Source: Chiloscyllium plagiosum (lineage: Eukaryota). Taken from it: DNA of 36,933 nucleotides. The notes beneath the pieces were generated by a model. The model ran no database searches and had not been told where the DNA came from. It was given only the letters and a program-made list of their open reading frames with translations. Positions 21,411 to 33,942 of this stretch are shown in pieces (position 1 is the first letter of the stretch; each line of letters starts with the position of its first letter). Location of the stretch: NCBI RefSeq assembly GCF_004010195.1, contig NC_057757.1, positions 4,913,346-4,950,278 on the forward strand, written 5' to 3'. The position numbers and the translations under genes were made by a program.

Positions 21411-24155
21411 ACATAGAGTCATAGAGATGTACAGCATGGAAACAGACCCTTCAGTCCAACCCATCCATGCCGACCAGATATCCCAACCCAATCTAGTCCC
21501 ACCTGCCAGCACCCGGCCCATATCCATCCAAACCCTTCCTATTCATATACCCATCCAAATGCTTCTTAAATGTTGCAATTGCACCAGCCTCCACCACTTC
21601 CTCTGGCAGCTCATTCCATACCCGCACCACCCTCTGTGTGAAATAGTTGCCCCTTAGGTCTCTTTTATATCTTTCCCTTCTCACGCTAAACCTATGCCCT
21701 CTAGTTCTGGACTCCCCAACCTCAGGGAAAAGACTTTGCCTATTTACCCTATCCATGCCCCTCATAATTTTATAAACCTCTATAAGGTCACCCCTTAGCC
21801 TCCAAGGATCCAGGGACAACAGCCGCAGCCTGTTCAGCCTCTCGCTGTAGCTCAAATCCTCCAACGCTGGCAACATCCTTGTAAATCTTTTCAGAACCCT
21901 TTCAAGTTTCACAACATCTTTCCGATAGGAAGGAGACCAGAATTGCACACAATATTCCAACAGTGGACTAACCAATGTCCTGTACATCCACAACATGAGC
22001 TCCCATCTCCTGTACTCAATACTCTGACCAATAAAAGAGAGCATACCAAATGCCTTCTTCACTATCCTATATACCTGTGACTCCACTTTCAAGGAGCTAT
22101 GAACCTGCACTCCAAGGTCTCTTTGTTCAGAAACACTCCCTCGGACCTTACCATTAAGTGTACAAGTCCTCCTAAGATTTGCTTTCCCAAAATGCAGCAC
22201 CTCGCATTTATCTGAATTAAACTCCATCTCCCACTTCTCAGCCCATTGGCCCATCTGGTCAAGAATCTGTTGGAATCTGAGGTAACCCTCTTCGCTGTCC
22301 GCTACACCTCCAATTTTGGTGTCACCTGCAAATTTACTAACTGTACCTCTTATGCTCACATCCAAATCATTTATGTAAGTGACAAAAAGTAGTGGACCCA
22401 GCACCGATCCTTGTGGCTCTCCACAGGTCACAGGCCTCCAGTTTGAAAAACAGCCCTCCACCATCACCCTCTGTCTTCTACCTTTGAGCCAGTTCTATAT
22501 CCAAATGGTTAGTTCTTCCTGTATTCCGTGAAATCTAACCTTGCTAATCAGTCTCCCATGGGGAACCTTGTCAAATGCCTTACTGAAGTCCATATAGATC
22601 ACGTCTACTGCTCTGCCCTCATCAATCCTCTTTGATACTTCTTCAAAAACTCAAACAAGTTTGTGCGACATGATTTCCCACGCACATAGCCATGTTGACT
22701 ATCCCTAATCAGTCCTTGCCTTTATAAATACATGTACATCCTATCCCTCAGGATTCCCTCCAACAACTTGCCCAGCACTGAGGTCAGGCTTACTAGCCTA
22801 TAGTTCCCTGGCTTGTCCTTACCACCTTTCTTAAACAATGGCACCACGTTTGCCAACCTCCAGTCTTCCGGCATCACACCTGTGACTATTAATGATACAA
22901 ATATCTCAGCAAGAGGCCCAGCAATCACTTCTCTAGCTTCCCACAGAGTTCTAGGGTACACCTGATCAGGTCCTGGGGATTTATCCATCTTTATATGTTT
23001 CAAGATATCCGGCACTTCTTCCTCTGTAATATGGACATTTTGCAAGGTGTCACCATATATTTCCCTACAGTCTATATCTTCCATATCCTTTTCCACAGTA
23101 AATACTGGTGCTTGTTTAGTATCTCTCCCATTTTCTGCAGCTCCACAGAAAGACCACCTTGTTGATCTTTGAGGGGCCCTATTCTCTCCCTTGTTACCCT
23201 TTTGTCCCTAATGTATTTGTAAAACCCCTTTGGATTATCCTTAATTCTATTTGCCAAAGCTATCTCATGTCCCCTTTTTGCCCTCCTGATTTCCCTCTTA
23301 AGTATACTCCTACTGCCTTTATACTCTACTAAGGATTCACTCGATCTATCCTGTCTATATCTTACATATGCTTCCTTCTTGTTCTTAACCAAATCCTCAA
23401 TTTCTTTAGTCATCCAGCATTCCCTATACCTACCAGCCTTTCCTTTTACCCTGACAGGAATATACTTTCTCTAGATTCTCATTTTCTCATTTCTGAAGGC
23501 TTCCTATTTTCCAGCCGCCCGTTTACCTGCGAACATCTGCCCCCAATCAGCTTTCGGAAGTTCTTGCCTAATACCGTCAAAATTGGCCTTGCTTCAATTT
23601 AAAACTTCAACTTTTAGATCTAGTCTATCCTTTTCCACCACTATTTTAAATCTAATAGAATTATGGTCGCTGGCCCCAAAGTGCTCCCCCACTGATACCT
23701 CAGTCATCTGCCTTGCCTTATTTCCCAAGAGTAGGTCAAGTTTTGCACCTTCTCTAGTAGGTACATCCACATACTGAATCAGAAAATTGTCTTGTACGCA
23801 CTTAATAAATTCTTCTCCATCTAAACCTTTAACACTATGGCAGTCCCAGTCTATGTTTGGAAAGTTAAAATCCCCTACCATAACTATCCTATTATTCTTA
23901 TGGATAGCTGAGGTCTCCTTACAAGTTTGTTTCTCAATTTCCCTCTGACTATTAGGGGGTCTATAATACAATCCCAATAAGGTGATCATCCCTTTCTTAT
24001 TTCTCAGTTCCACCCAAATAACTTCCCTGGATGTATTTCCGGGAATATCCTCCCTCAGCACAGCTGTAATGCTATCCCTTATCAAAAATGCCACTCCTGT
24101 CTTGCCTCCCTTTCTATCCTTCCTGTAGCATGTATATCCTGGAATATTAAGCTGG
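21411..24155 (-). mobile_element. CR1 LINE with near-complete ORF2 (APE and RT), frameshifted
   Basis: ORFs 23594-24199 (YYRPPNS, GDFNFP, SDH), 23072-23413, 22722-23096 and 21493-22467 (PQGSVLGP, KFAGDTK with a catalytic D lost); short tail repeat at ~21411. Confidence 0.95.
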
Positions 24156-24185
24156 ACGTGAATTCCCACTCTTTCACACAGCAAC

Positions 24186-24460
24186 TCACACACACACACT
24201 CACACACGCACACACACTCAGATACACACACACACAGGCATGCACAAAGTCAGCCAGAAACACCATGAGGCACACCCACAATAACACATATGCATATGTG
24301 CACATGCACACACGGACAAACATGCATACACACATAGTGCGATTCCGACACACGCACAGACTAATATACAGAGATTGACATATACAGTCAAATTCCTGCA
24401 GGCTCAGGAGCTCACATACATGCATCCCAAATCATACCTAAGAGACTGACACCCGCACAT
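24186..24460. repeat. CA-rich segment, diverged direct repeat of 21218-21400
   Basis: cacacacaggcatgcacaRagtcagMcagaaaca..atgaggcacaYccacaatRacacatatgcatat occurs on both sides of the CR1. Confidence 0.75.
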
Positions 24461-24731
24461 AGGCAGGATTTCCCATCAGTGTTAGCTTACTCATGTAGTC
24501 CAACTCTCTGCTTTCTGCCTGTTAACCAATCCATGCGGGTAAATTACCCCTAATAACTTACACTTTTATTTTGTTCAGTAACACCCTGTGTGGGATTTTA
24601 TCAAAAGTCTTCTGAAAATCCAAATACGCCACATCCACTGGTAACCCCTTTTTGATTCTGGTAATAAAGTCCTAAAAATCTTTACCAATTTTGTCAAACA
24701 TGATTTCCCCTTCAAAAATCCTTGTTAACTC

Positions 24732-25835
24732 TGTTATGATTTAAAACTGTGGTATTTATATGTGTAATTTTGAATAGTATTTGTTGTGAGTTAGTAACCT
24801 GTGGGCTTTCTGTGCAATTGGAGTTGATATTACTTTGTAAGTATTTCTGTGACCTGGTGATTTCTATTAAAAACTGTTTTTGAGGCCTGGTTTTAAAGTA
24901 AGTGCACCATCATTAGACTTTTGTTTATTTTTGAATCCAAAAAGGTATGCTTCAAGATATGGAGAAAGCGAGGACTGCAGATGCTAGAGATCAGAGTCAA
25001 GAGGGTGGTGCTGGAAAAACACAGCAGGTCAGGCAGCATCCGAGGGGCAGGAGAGTCAGGAAGGGATGATGAAGGGCTTATGCCCAAAACGTTGATTCTC
25101 CTGCTCCTCGGATGCTGCCTGACCGGCTGTGCTTTTCCAGCACCACATGCCTCAAGATATGTTAAACTTTATCAAGCTTTTTTTTAAGATAAAGGGAAAC
25201 ACCCATGTAGCTAACAGGAGAAAACTTTCAGACGTTTTAAAAATTTGAGTAGAAAAGTCCTTCGAACATGATGCTAATGTAGAAACATGCTCCTGTGAAG
25301 GGAAGGTTGCACAGTGAACTCGATTACCTTAGACTAAAGAATTGCATTAGTCCCCAAGCAGAGGTGCTGGAGTAATACCCTGAAGAGGTTACTTAAAACA
25401 GCACACATTGAAGCTGAGATGTATAATAGTTCCAGGAAGACTCTATCTGCAGTTCCAGTTGAAGTCACAGTTGATTTAAACCTATCCAGGTTTTATATAC
25501 AGGGACTCTGTGTGAGAACTCAGTGAATGCTATTTTCATTGCTATACAAAGGCTACTTTGTTTCATTTCAATTTACAAAGTGGTTTGGAGATTGTACTTC
25601 TGTGAATTTTTAAATTGCTGAATTTGTGTTTTAAGCAGGTAGTTTGGATTATTCTATTTTATATTAATATTTTTTGTAATAATCTTATATTTTATTGTTC
25701 TGCAACATGACGTGTTTAGGTTTCAATGAGAGATCAATTTGTGAAAACCAGAATACATAAACATACGATCTATCAAGCCAGCTTCCTTTCAGGGATCTGC
25801 CTTGTCTGTTAATAGCATCAGCTGTGATTGTAACA
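24732..25835. mobile_element. Probable solo LTR (TGTTA...TAACA)
   Basis: Non-coding insertion of ~0.9 kb net inside a CR1, bounded by 5-bp inverted TG..CA termini; no clean TSD. Confidence 0.5.
24961..25146. mobile_element. Palindromic Penelope-type mini-element with degenerate hammerhead and 14-bp TSD
   Basis: Same family as 19730; TSD atgcttcaagatat (24947-24960) / atgcctcaagatat (25147-25160). Confidence 0.8.
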
Positions 25836-27214
25836 CTATCCAATCAGACAATTATTTTCTCCTAATATTCCTAATATTCACATTGTTTAGAATAGATTCC
25901 AATATTTTCCCTACTGTACATGTCAGTTCTGAGGTTCTCACTTCCTTTCTCCTATCATCCTTAAACACATTGACAATCTTCCAATCTGTAGGCACCAATG
26001 CCGAATAAGTAGAATTTTGCAAAATGATTACAATTTCATTCACTTGCTCTCTATCCATTGCTTTCAACACACTAGGATGAAGGTCATCAGGTACCAAGGA
26101 TTTATTTACTACTGGTCCCATTAATCTCTCCAATCCTATTTTCTTTATGTATATTAATTTCTTCCAGCTCCAGGCCCTCAGTAAATCTGAGGGTCTTGAT
26201 TATTTCGAGAGACGTCTTGCGTCATACAGACACACAGTACATACATGGCTTCCCCCCATTTCTATTTCCTTTTATATATTTTCCTGTCTCTCCCTATAAG
26301 AATCACACATTTGTCTTTTCACATATTTTTCTTTTATGCATGCACACAGAGGCTTTTACAATCTATTTTTATGTTTCTTGATATTTTACATTCATCTTCA
26401 ACTCTCTGTTTCTCATTTTTGTAGTCCTCCTTTGTTGCATTCTAAACTTTTCCTAATTCTCTGACTTTTATTATTTTTTGGACACTTTATAAGCGTCTTT
26501 CTTTCATCCAATACTATCAGTGACTTCTCTCACTCAACATGGCTCTCTCATTTTTCCTGTTGGATGCATTTGCCTAAAAGAAATGCACATTTTGTTTTAA
26601 AAATCAAGCATTATTTGTATAAATATTTAGTCATTTTCAATCCACAGTCAATCTTTTTCCTTTATTTCTCTAATCCACTGCAGTCTACTTCCTCCTCATC
26701 CCTTCATAATTGTCCTTGTTTAGACTGAAGGCCCCATTTTCAGGTTGGATTGCATAATTTTCAAACTTAATGGAAAAGCCCAACATGTTATGAGCACTAT
26801 TTCCTGAAGGTTCTTTTGTGATAGTAAGGTTATTAATTAGCCTCTGCTAATTGCATAGCACTGCATCTAAAATAGCCTTGTCCATTGTTGAATTCTCAAC
26901 ACCTTGCTCTCAAAACCTATTTTGAACACACTCCAGGAATTCTTCCACCACAGTCGTGGTTGATCAAGTCTACATGTAGATTGCTATCACCCATGATTAT
27001 TGTATTCTCCTTGCTGTATGCACTTCTATTTTCCCGATTCATAGCATGCCCATAACTGTTTGATAACTTAAAATCCACTGGTACCAATGTTTGTTCCTCC
27101 TTGCTCTTTCTGGGCTCCACACATCCAGATTTTACATCCTGATTGGAGACCAGAGAATCACAGAATAATTACAGAATAATTACAGAACAGAAGGAGGCCA
27201 TTCGGTCCACAGTA

Positions 27215-27550
27215 TCACAGAATCATAGAATCCCTACAGTGTGGAAGCAGGCCAATTGGCCCATCAAGTCCACTGCCCTTCTGAAGAGCATCCCAACCAG
27301 ACTCACCCCCCTACCCTATCCCTGGAACCCTGCATTTCCCATGGCTAATGTACCTAACCTATGCATCCCTGATCACTTCTGGGCAATTTAACATATCCAA
27401 TCGATCTAACCTGCACATCTTTGGTCTGTGGGAGGAAACCCACACAGACATGGGGAGAATGTGCAAACTCCACGCAGACAGTTGCCCGAGCCTGGAATCA
27501 AACCCAGGTCCCTGGAGCTGTGCGGCAGTTGTGCTAACCACTAAGCCACC
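27215..27550 (-). mobile_element. HE1-type SINE
   Basis: Reverse complement carries A/B boxes and V-domain; tail repeats at ~27155-27230. Confidence 0.85.
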
Positions 27551-27777
27551 TGAGGTGCAAAATGACTTAGTTCTATGTCCTCATCCCAAAACACATGCTC
27601 ATTCTTTCTATTTGGAAGAAGGATAAAAATCACATTTCTCTGCAGAGATTGGCTATCTGTGAAAAAAGACTGTTTTGGCCAATGGGATATTCTTGAAAGC
27701 AAAAACACAAAAGTAGGATGTTCTGGATTGTGATGCTATGGTGTTCTGGAACATGTGGTCAAGTCACTCACAATGCA

Positions 27778-27965
27778 GGAGAAAGTGAGGACTGCAGATG
27801 CTGGAGATCAGAGTCAAGAGTGTGAGAGTAGGAAAATTGACATTTCAGGCATAAGCCTTTCATCAGCCCTTCACCATTCCTGATGAAGGGTTTATGCCCA
27901 AAATGTCAATTCTCCTGCTCCTCGAATACTGCCTGACCTGCTGTGCTTTTCCTGCTCTACACTGT
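27778..27965. mobile_element. Palindromic Penelope-type mini-element, decayed
   Basis: ggagaaagtgaggactgcagatgctggagatcagagtc..cctgatgaagggtttatgcccaaaatgtc; atgcagg occurs at both flanks. Confidence 0.75.
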
Positions 27966-28607
27966 GGATCCATCATGCAGGTTTGTCTCTGAAGTCTTGC
28001 AGACATAGCTAGCTCAGGAAGTAGAATCTTGACTTATTCTTGCAATCGTTCTTTCAAAAGGGATTTTCACCCTGTGCTGATATCTAGGGGTTTCCTTTTC
28101 AAAAAAAGGGAGTGGTCAGCTAGGCAGCTTGTTCTTGGCAGGTTTTCCCCCAATTCTTCTTGTTATTAACAAATTTTCCTCCAATGCTGCCTTTGTAAAA
28201 CAAGAATCTCTCCCACCCACTGTTCAAGGAACAGCCTCAAGTAACGTCTACAGCAAAGCAAGCAGTCATGTAATTTCTAGGAAGCCTTTTTAAAAACAAG
28301 TACTCAAGTCCACAGTTACCTTTCAACAATCACTTTTAAAGAAAAACACTCTAGGTATGTCCACGAGTGTCTTTGTCACAGGATGAAAAATGTTGTGATT
28401 TGTAGCAAAAAGCTGGAAACTTGAAAAAGAAAGCTCCAGAAATACTCAGCAGGCCTGGCAATATCTATGGAGAGGGAACATGAGTTGGATACAAACCAGG
28501 CTGCAGAGTATCTTCAAAACTTTGTGTTTTCACGGTGACAGGTTATGACAGAGCAATAATTATTAGGATTCATTCTAAATTACTACAGTACATCACAGTC
28601 TCTTTAT

Positions 28608-28985
28608 GATGGCACAGTGGTTAGCACGGCTGCCTCAGCGTTAGGCACCCGGGTTCGATTCCACCCTCCAGGGACTCTCTATGTAGGGTTTGCTCATTCT
28701 CCCCGTGCCTGTATGGGTTTCCTCCAGGTGCTCCGCTTTCGTCCCTCAATCCAAGGATGTGCAGGTTAGGGTGGATTGGCCGTGCTACATTGCCCATAGT
28801 GTCCAGGGATGTGCAGGTTAGGGTGGATTAGCCGTGCTACATGGCCCATAGTGTCCAGGGATGTGCAGGTTAGGGTGGATTGGCCATGGGAAACTAAGGG
28901 TTTACAGGGATGGGGTGGGATGCTCTTTGGAGGGTTGGTGTGGACCTGATGGGTCGAATGGTCTGCTTCCACACTGTAAGAATTT
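28608..28985 (+). mobile_element. HE1-type SINE with an internal 52-bp tandem repeat
   Basis: A/B boxes; ggatgtgcaggttagggtggatt.. unit starts at 28755, 28807 and 28859. Confidence 0.88.
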
Positions 28986-29051
28986 TACAAAGTACGACTT
29001 CACAACGACCAATACTTCCAACGGTCAGAACTTGAGTATTCCTGTGTGTAA

Positions 29052-29705
29052 GATTTGTGGCGGGGTCTGAATGTTTTGGGCGGAGTCAGAGTGTTTTGGG
29101 GCAGGGTCTGGGTGTTTTGGGCGGAGTCTGGGTGTTTTGGGGCGGAGTCTGAGTGTTTTGGGGGCAGGGCCTGAGTGTTTTGGGGAGGGGTCTGAGAGTT
29201 TTGGGCGGGATCTGAGTGTTTTGGGGCGGGGTCTGAGTAGTTGGGGGCGGGGTNNNNNNNNNNNNNNNNNNNNNNNNNNNNNNNNNNNNNNNNNNNNNNN
29301 NNNNNNNNNNNNNNNNNNNNNNNNNNNNNNNNNNNNNNNNNNNNNNNNNNNNNNNNNNNNNNNNNNNNNNNNNNNNNNNNNNNNNNNNNNNNNNNNNNNN
29401 NNNNNNNNNNNNNNNNNNNNNNNNNNNNNNNNNNNNNNNNNNNNNNNNNNNNNNNNNNNNNNNNNNNNNNNNNNNNNNNNNNNNNNNNNNNNNNNNNNNN
29501 NNNNNNNNNNNNNNNNNNNNNNNNNNNNNNNNNNNNNNNNNNNNNNNNNNNNNNNNNNNNNNNNNNNNNNNNNNNNNNNNNNNNNNNNNNNNNNNNNNNN
29601 NNNNNNNNNNNNNNNNNNNNNNNNNNNNNNNNNNNNNNNNNNNNNNNNNNNNNNNNNNNNNNNNNNNNNNNNNTGACCGTTTGTGGGCGGGGTCAGTGTT
29701 TGTAG
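29052..29705. repeat. ~21-bp GC-box tandem repeat (gggcggggtctgagtgttttg) spanning an N-gap
   Basis: About ten copies before the gap and one after it. Confidence 0.85.
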
Positions 29706-29719
29706 GGGAGTGGCCTGAG

Positions 29720-30210
29720 CCTTGGGGCGCGGTACATTTCTGAGGGAGGGGCCTGACGCCCGTTGAGGGTGAGGACAGGTACCTGTTTTGGGGGAGGGGG
29801 GCGGAGCAAGCCACTGTTTTGTTTCCCGCGCGGCACGGGGGTGGGTGGGGAAAGAGGGGAGGCCCCGCCCGTCGACATCCGGGCAACGCCGGGGCCCGCT
29901 GAGCGTCGGGGAAGGGGGTGGTCACGTGACGCACTGCGCGGCGGCCATCTTAGAATCGGCGGAGAATCCGCAGCGACGGCGGCGAGTGAGAGGCGGAGAC
30001 GGACTTTCCTGATTCACCGGAGGTAACGGCGAGGCGAGGGCTCGCGCGACCATTGCACCTTCCAGCCCACGGCATGTGAGACCGGCTTCCCAGCCGAGGC
30101 TGGCTCCTAGGGCAAGGCCCCGGCTCTGAGGCCTATCTAGAGTGGGGCCGGTGAGAGAAATAGGAGGCTGGGATGCAGGCAGGCAAGGCCCCGTGCATCA
30201 CGGTGGTTGG
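29720..30210 (+). promoter_or_regulatory. CpG-island, TATA-less promoter
   Basis: Dense CpG; GC boxes near 29797 and 29863; GTCACGTGAC 29921-29930 overlapping TGACG; YY1 motif GCGGCCATCTT 29941-29951. Confidence 0.85.
29940..30022 (+). other. Probable non-coding first exon of an unidentified gene (start approximate)
   Basis: Follows the promoter motifs, has no ATG, and ends at donor GAG|GTAACG. Confidence 0.65.
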
Positions 30211-33200
30211 GATAGAAAGAAAACCCGCTCCCGGAAACTCTTTTAAGTCCAAAAGGGGGGGAAATCTTCAAACCCTACCTGTACTGACCAAAATCGTGTT
30301 TCTTCTTTGCAAAGTAAAACATAAATAACCTCAAGTCGTGTTAAAACCCTCCCAGTTTAGCCCTGAAAAGGGGGAGGAGGTGATATAACAACAGACGTGG
30401 CATCAAGGGAATTTGTTTGGGAGTGACGGGCCTTATGACTTTTTTTTACTAAAGTTAACTGCCGGATTTTTATTTATTTTTTTCTCAATAATTTCACCTC
30501 TTCCTCCCTCCCCCAGAAGCTGCTTCCCACGCCCCCTCCAATCATAATGACGGTTTTTAGTTATTTGGCCTCCATGTGGAATGCACCGAAATAAACAAGA
30601 CCTCGAGTGTTCCATAAAAATAAATCGAGTTTTTTAAAAAAAATAAAATACTACATCTGAAAATTTGAGGTTAGCTTCCAAACAAGCCATGACCTTAGAT
30701 TCCACCACCCCCAAAAAGAAGCAGTGCCTGTATGTATTGCTGTTTCCCTTAATGCTCAGGTTAGATCTAACTGAGTTGTGGTTTGTTTTTTGGAAAAAGG
30801 TTGGTTTGTGTTTATAAGTCGCACACTTGTGTGACTTAACCTCCTGTTTCCTCTTCCCCCTCCCCAAAAAAGTGGAAAGGTTGAGCGCAATGACCTTTTC
30901 TTGTGAGAGGTAAACATTTGTGCATTGAGAACTTGAAACTGTTGTAAAGGATTGAACCTGGCTTGATTGGGCCCTGTTGCACGCTTTGCTACTGATAAAG
31001 GAATAAAGATGTCTACTCCACTTGCAGTTGTTTGTTATGGTCAGGTTTTAAAATCTTATTTAATCTTTGAATCTTACATTTGAATGCTGCATATGGTGAT
31101 TGTTTACAACTGAATTCTGTTCTGCTGCCTTAATATTTTTGGCACTCTATTAAAGAATATGTTGTAAATTTTAAGTTTTGCTTCAGTATTTGTAATACGA
31201 ATTTATGAAATTTTCTAAGTTCATAAATTGTTGGCTGAATAGATTTTACATATGCAACTGCAGTAATTTCTTGTGGTTCTAAATGATTGTGAAAAGATCA
31301 TTTTGCCTGTTATTCATTTGTTTTTTTTGTTTTAGATATGTAGCATTGACTTGTAGCTCTGATATTATGGCCATGGTATTGTTTAACCAGTAGTGATGTG
31401 AACATGGTCCACTTGTCAAGATTGGATTGTCGTCTGGTGCTTGTATTTATTGCTTTAGGTGTATCATCAGCACTGATGCACTTTCATGTGCATGACACCC
31501 AAAATTTTGGTTCCATGTATGTTGGAGATCTGATATGAAAATAATATTTTACTGTAATGTGTGCAACAGTTATATGTATTGCATATGTGTACATAAGAGT
31601 TTATTTGAGGAGTTCACTTTAATTCTTTGTCAACAAAAAACTAGAAGCACATGTTGAGGGCTGAGGTTCCTGTCTTCATAATTGCACTACTGATAATTTC
31701 TCTACTGCTCATTCAATTATCTATGAACACAGGGATCTGTGCTGTATATTTCTGTGTAACTAACAGGACCCTGGTATGATAAATAGTGCTGGAGAGATCC
31801 AGCAGCTCTGTCTGCAACTATGGTAGGAGCAATACATTTAATGTTTTCAGTCCAAAACAGTCCCCTTCAGATGCTGCTGAGCATGCTGAGTTTCTCTGGC
31901 AATATGTTTTTATTTCAGATAGGCAACAGCTGCAGTACTTTGCTTTTATTACTGTGGTGAGGTAGCATTTGTTGTTCCTGTGAACTTAACAGGCTGTCAT
32001 GTTCACATTGTATCCTACTGTTGATGTATGCATTTCCCAGTGTAGACTATCTTGTGGTGGAGGGCCTGGTTTTTCTCTCCCATGTTCAACACAGAGCCAC
32101 CAGTGTCGATCATTGCTGCTCTGGCTGAAGTTATAAATTTAGGGTGAAATTTAGTACCATTCACATAGTTGTGTATCAGCCTTCATGCATTTACTGTTTT
32201 GTTATGAGTGTCTCCTTTTTTTAAATTTCCCTACACGTCAGCTAGTTAGAATGACTGAAATAACCAGTTGCCCTTTGTTCGAAACCAATTTCTGTGTAAT
32301 GCAGCATGCTTTACGGTTGTGTTGTATTCCAAAATTGAAGCTACAGCTGTAATAAATATGAATATAAATCACCTTGCAAAATCTTTTCTTGATGCCCCTT
32401 GGTCGGATCTGTGATAGTAATAATATCTGAGAAGTAACATATACTCCATATCCCACTTTTTTTTATTTTTGCAAATGTCATTGCTTCCCTGAATAAGTAA
32501 CGTATTACTGCTGCTAGTCCAGCTCACCAAGCTGCTTGGAGGCATGTGACAGTTGTATACTGAGTACAGTTGCCATATTTCCCATCTCCTTTGCCTTCAA
32601 GTGCTTGGCAGTCATTTGGGTTGTCATCTTGACGTGGCTGTGATTAAACCCTCACTAATGGGTGGTTGAAAATTAGTGTGATTGACTGACACGCTATCAT
32701 ATTTTATTTTCTCCACTTTAAACCTGATTTTCTTTTTGTGTCAGCTGGATGCACTAATTCTCGACTGCTGGTGCGGTTGCACAAGTACAGGCAGCCTTGT
32801 CATGGCTGGCATAAGTTTAATACTTCATGTGAGCATAGCCTGATTAACGTGCTGCTCCACTGTGTAAGTTCTCACTAGTGCCCTGATCCATCCAAATCGT
32901 GAATGCCTCTGTCTGGTACCTTGATTGTTTTGAGAGCTGATTGCAGAAGTAGATCTGCATGTATTTCTTCCAAGAAGGGCATATTAGCCAAATTTTCTGC
33001 TTCTGATTATATCTAGAGTAGATTATGGTTAAGAGGAGCCTCAATGGGGTTAATGTTGGGAAGACTATTCAACTTGCTGCGGCTTCATGGCTGGGAGCCG
33101 TAGATGGTCACTAATGAAAGGAGATAGTTCACTGAATGGAATGTGGAACTCTCTTTCAAAGGGAAAGCTTAAGCCGAATATTATCAATACCTTGAAGAGG

Positions 33201-33942
33201 AAACTCCTAAACACAGAACGGAGAAAGTAATGAGATTTTGTATAGTATGCGATGAAGAGGTAGCTGGAAGGAGCTGTTGGACTGAAATGCCAATTGGACT
33301 GTTGCTGTGCTATAAGTAAACCTTTGCAATTATAATTCAGTGACCCGGGTAGAATAGAATTAAGTTTGGCAGTAATAGTCCTTCATGGTTGAATGACTGA
33401 CTAAGGTTTGATGTCCCTCTATTCTGTCTGGTAATTGCCATGTGTTTAAGTTACCAGAATCCTTTGTGTATTTGTACCTTCCATGATTTGGCACTTTTAG
33501 AAGGCAAATGTGTTCAAGATTTTAATAAGAGATCCTAATGATGAGACTGGTGGTTGCACTGTTATTCTAGAAAAGGTTTCTAACACTTCCTTTCCTCCTC
33601 TCTTTACAGATCTATTTCTCTTAGGTGGTGGTGAGACATCAGGTCATCAGAATAATTCTCTACAAAGATATATTTTTAGCTGTATTGCAGTAAGTAAAGC
33701 TTCTTCCTAAATTCGTACTGTGAAAGCTAAATTATTTCTTCAGTGTTGTAGCGGGGGCAAGTGTGTGAAATGTTTGTATTTTGTCCACTTGAATTTGGGA
33801 GGCTTGTCTTTCTGAGCCTGGGGTTGTGTTTGGCGTGAGTGCTTTTAAGAGCCTGAAGTAATGATGGAACTCCTCCAACAATCTATCACCTTTTGATCTC
33901 TCTCCTTCTCCTCAGAACATAAGCTTACCAGTAAGGAAATCT

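Larger units (their letters stand above)
24490..27142 (-). mobile_element. Old CR1 LINE, split by an insertion at 24732-25835
   Basis: CR1 RT peptides (PDDLHPSVLK..VPTDWKIVNV..TVGKILESIL; IIMGDSNLHVD); sequence is colinear across the insertion. Confidence 0.65.

Noticed and set aside
29941..29954. GCCATCTTAGA shared between the promoter and the L1 5' end, suggesting an L1-derived promoter
   Set aside because: Only 11 nt, mostly the YY1 consensus itself; flanks are unrelated.
31318..31340. Strong acceptor-like ttttttttgttttag
   Set aside because: No convincing donor or ORF follows; cannot be called an exon without transcript data.
31388..31480. C/D box snoRNA candidate (GTGATGT ... CTGA)
   Set aside because: Imperfect C box, weak terminal stem, and no recognisable rRNA or snRNA guide.
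31490..31520. U6-like atgacacccaaaatt..gttccat
   Set aside because: Too short and gapped; the rest of U6 is absent.
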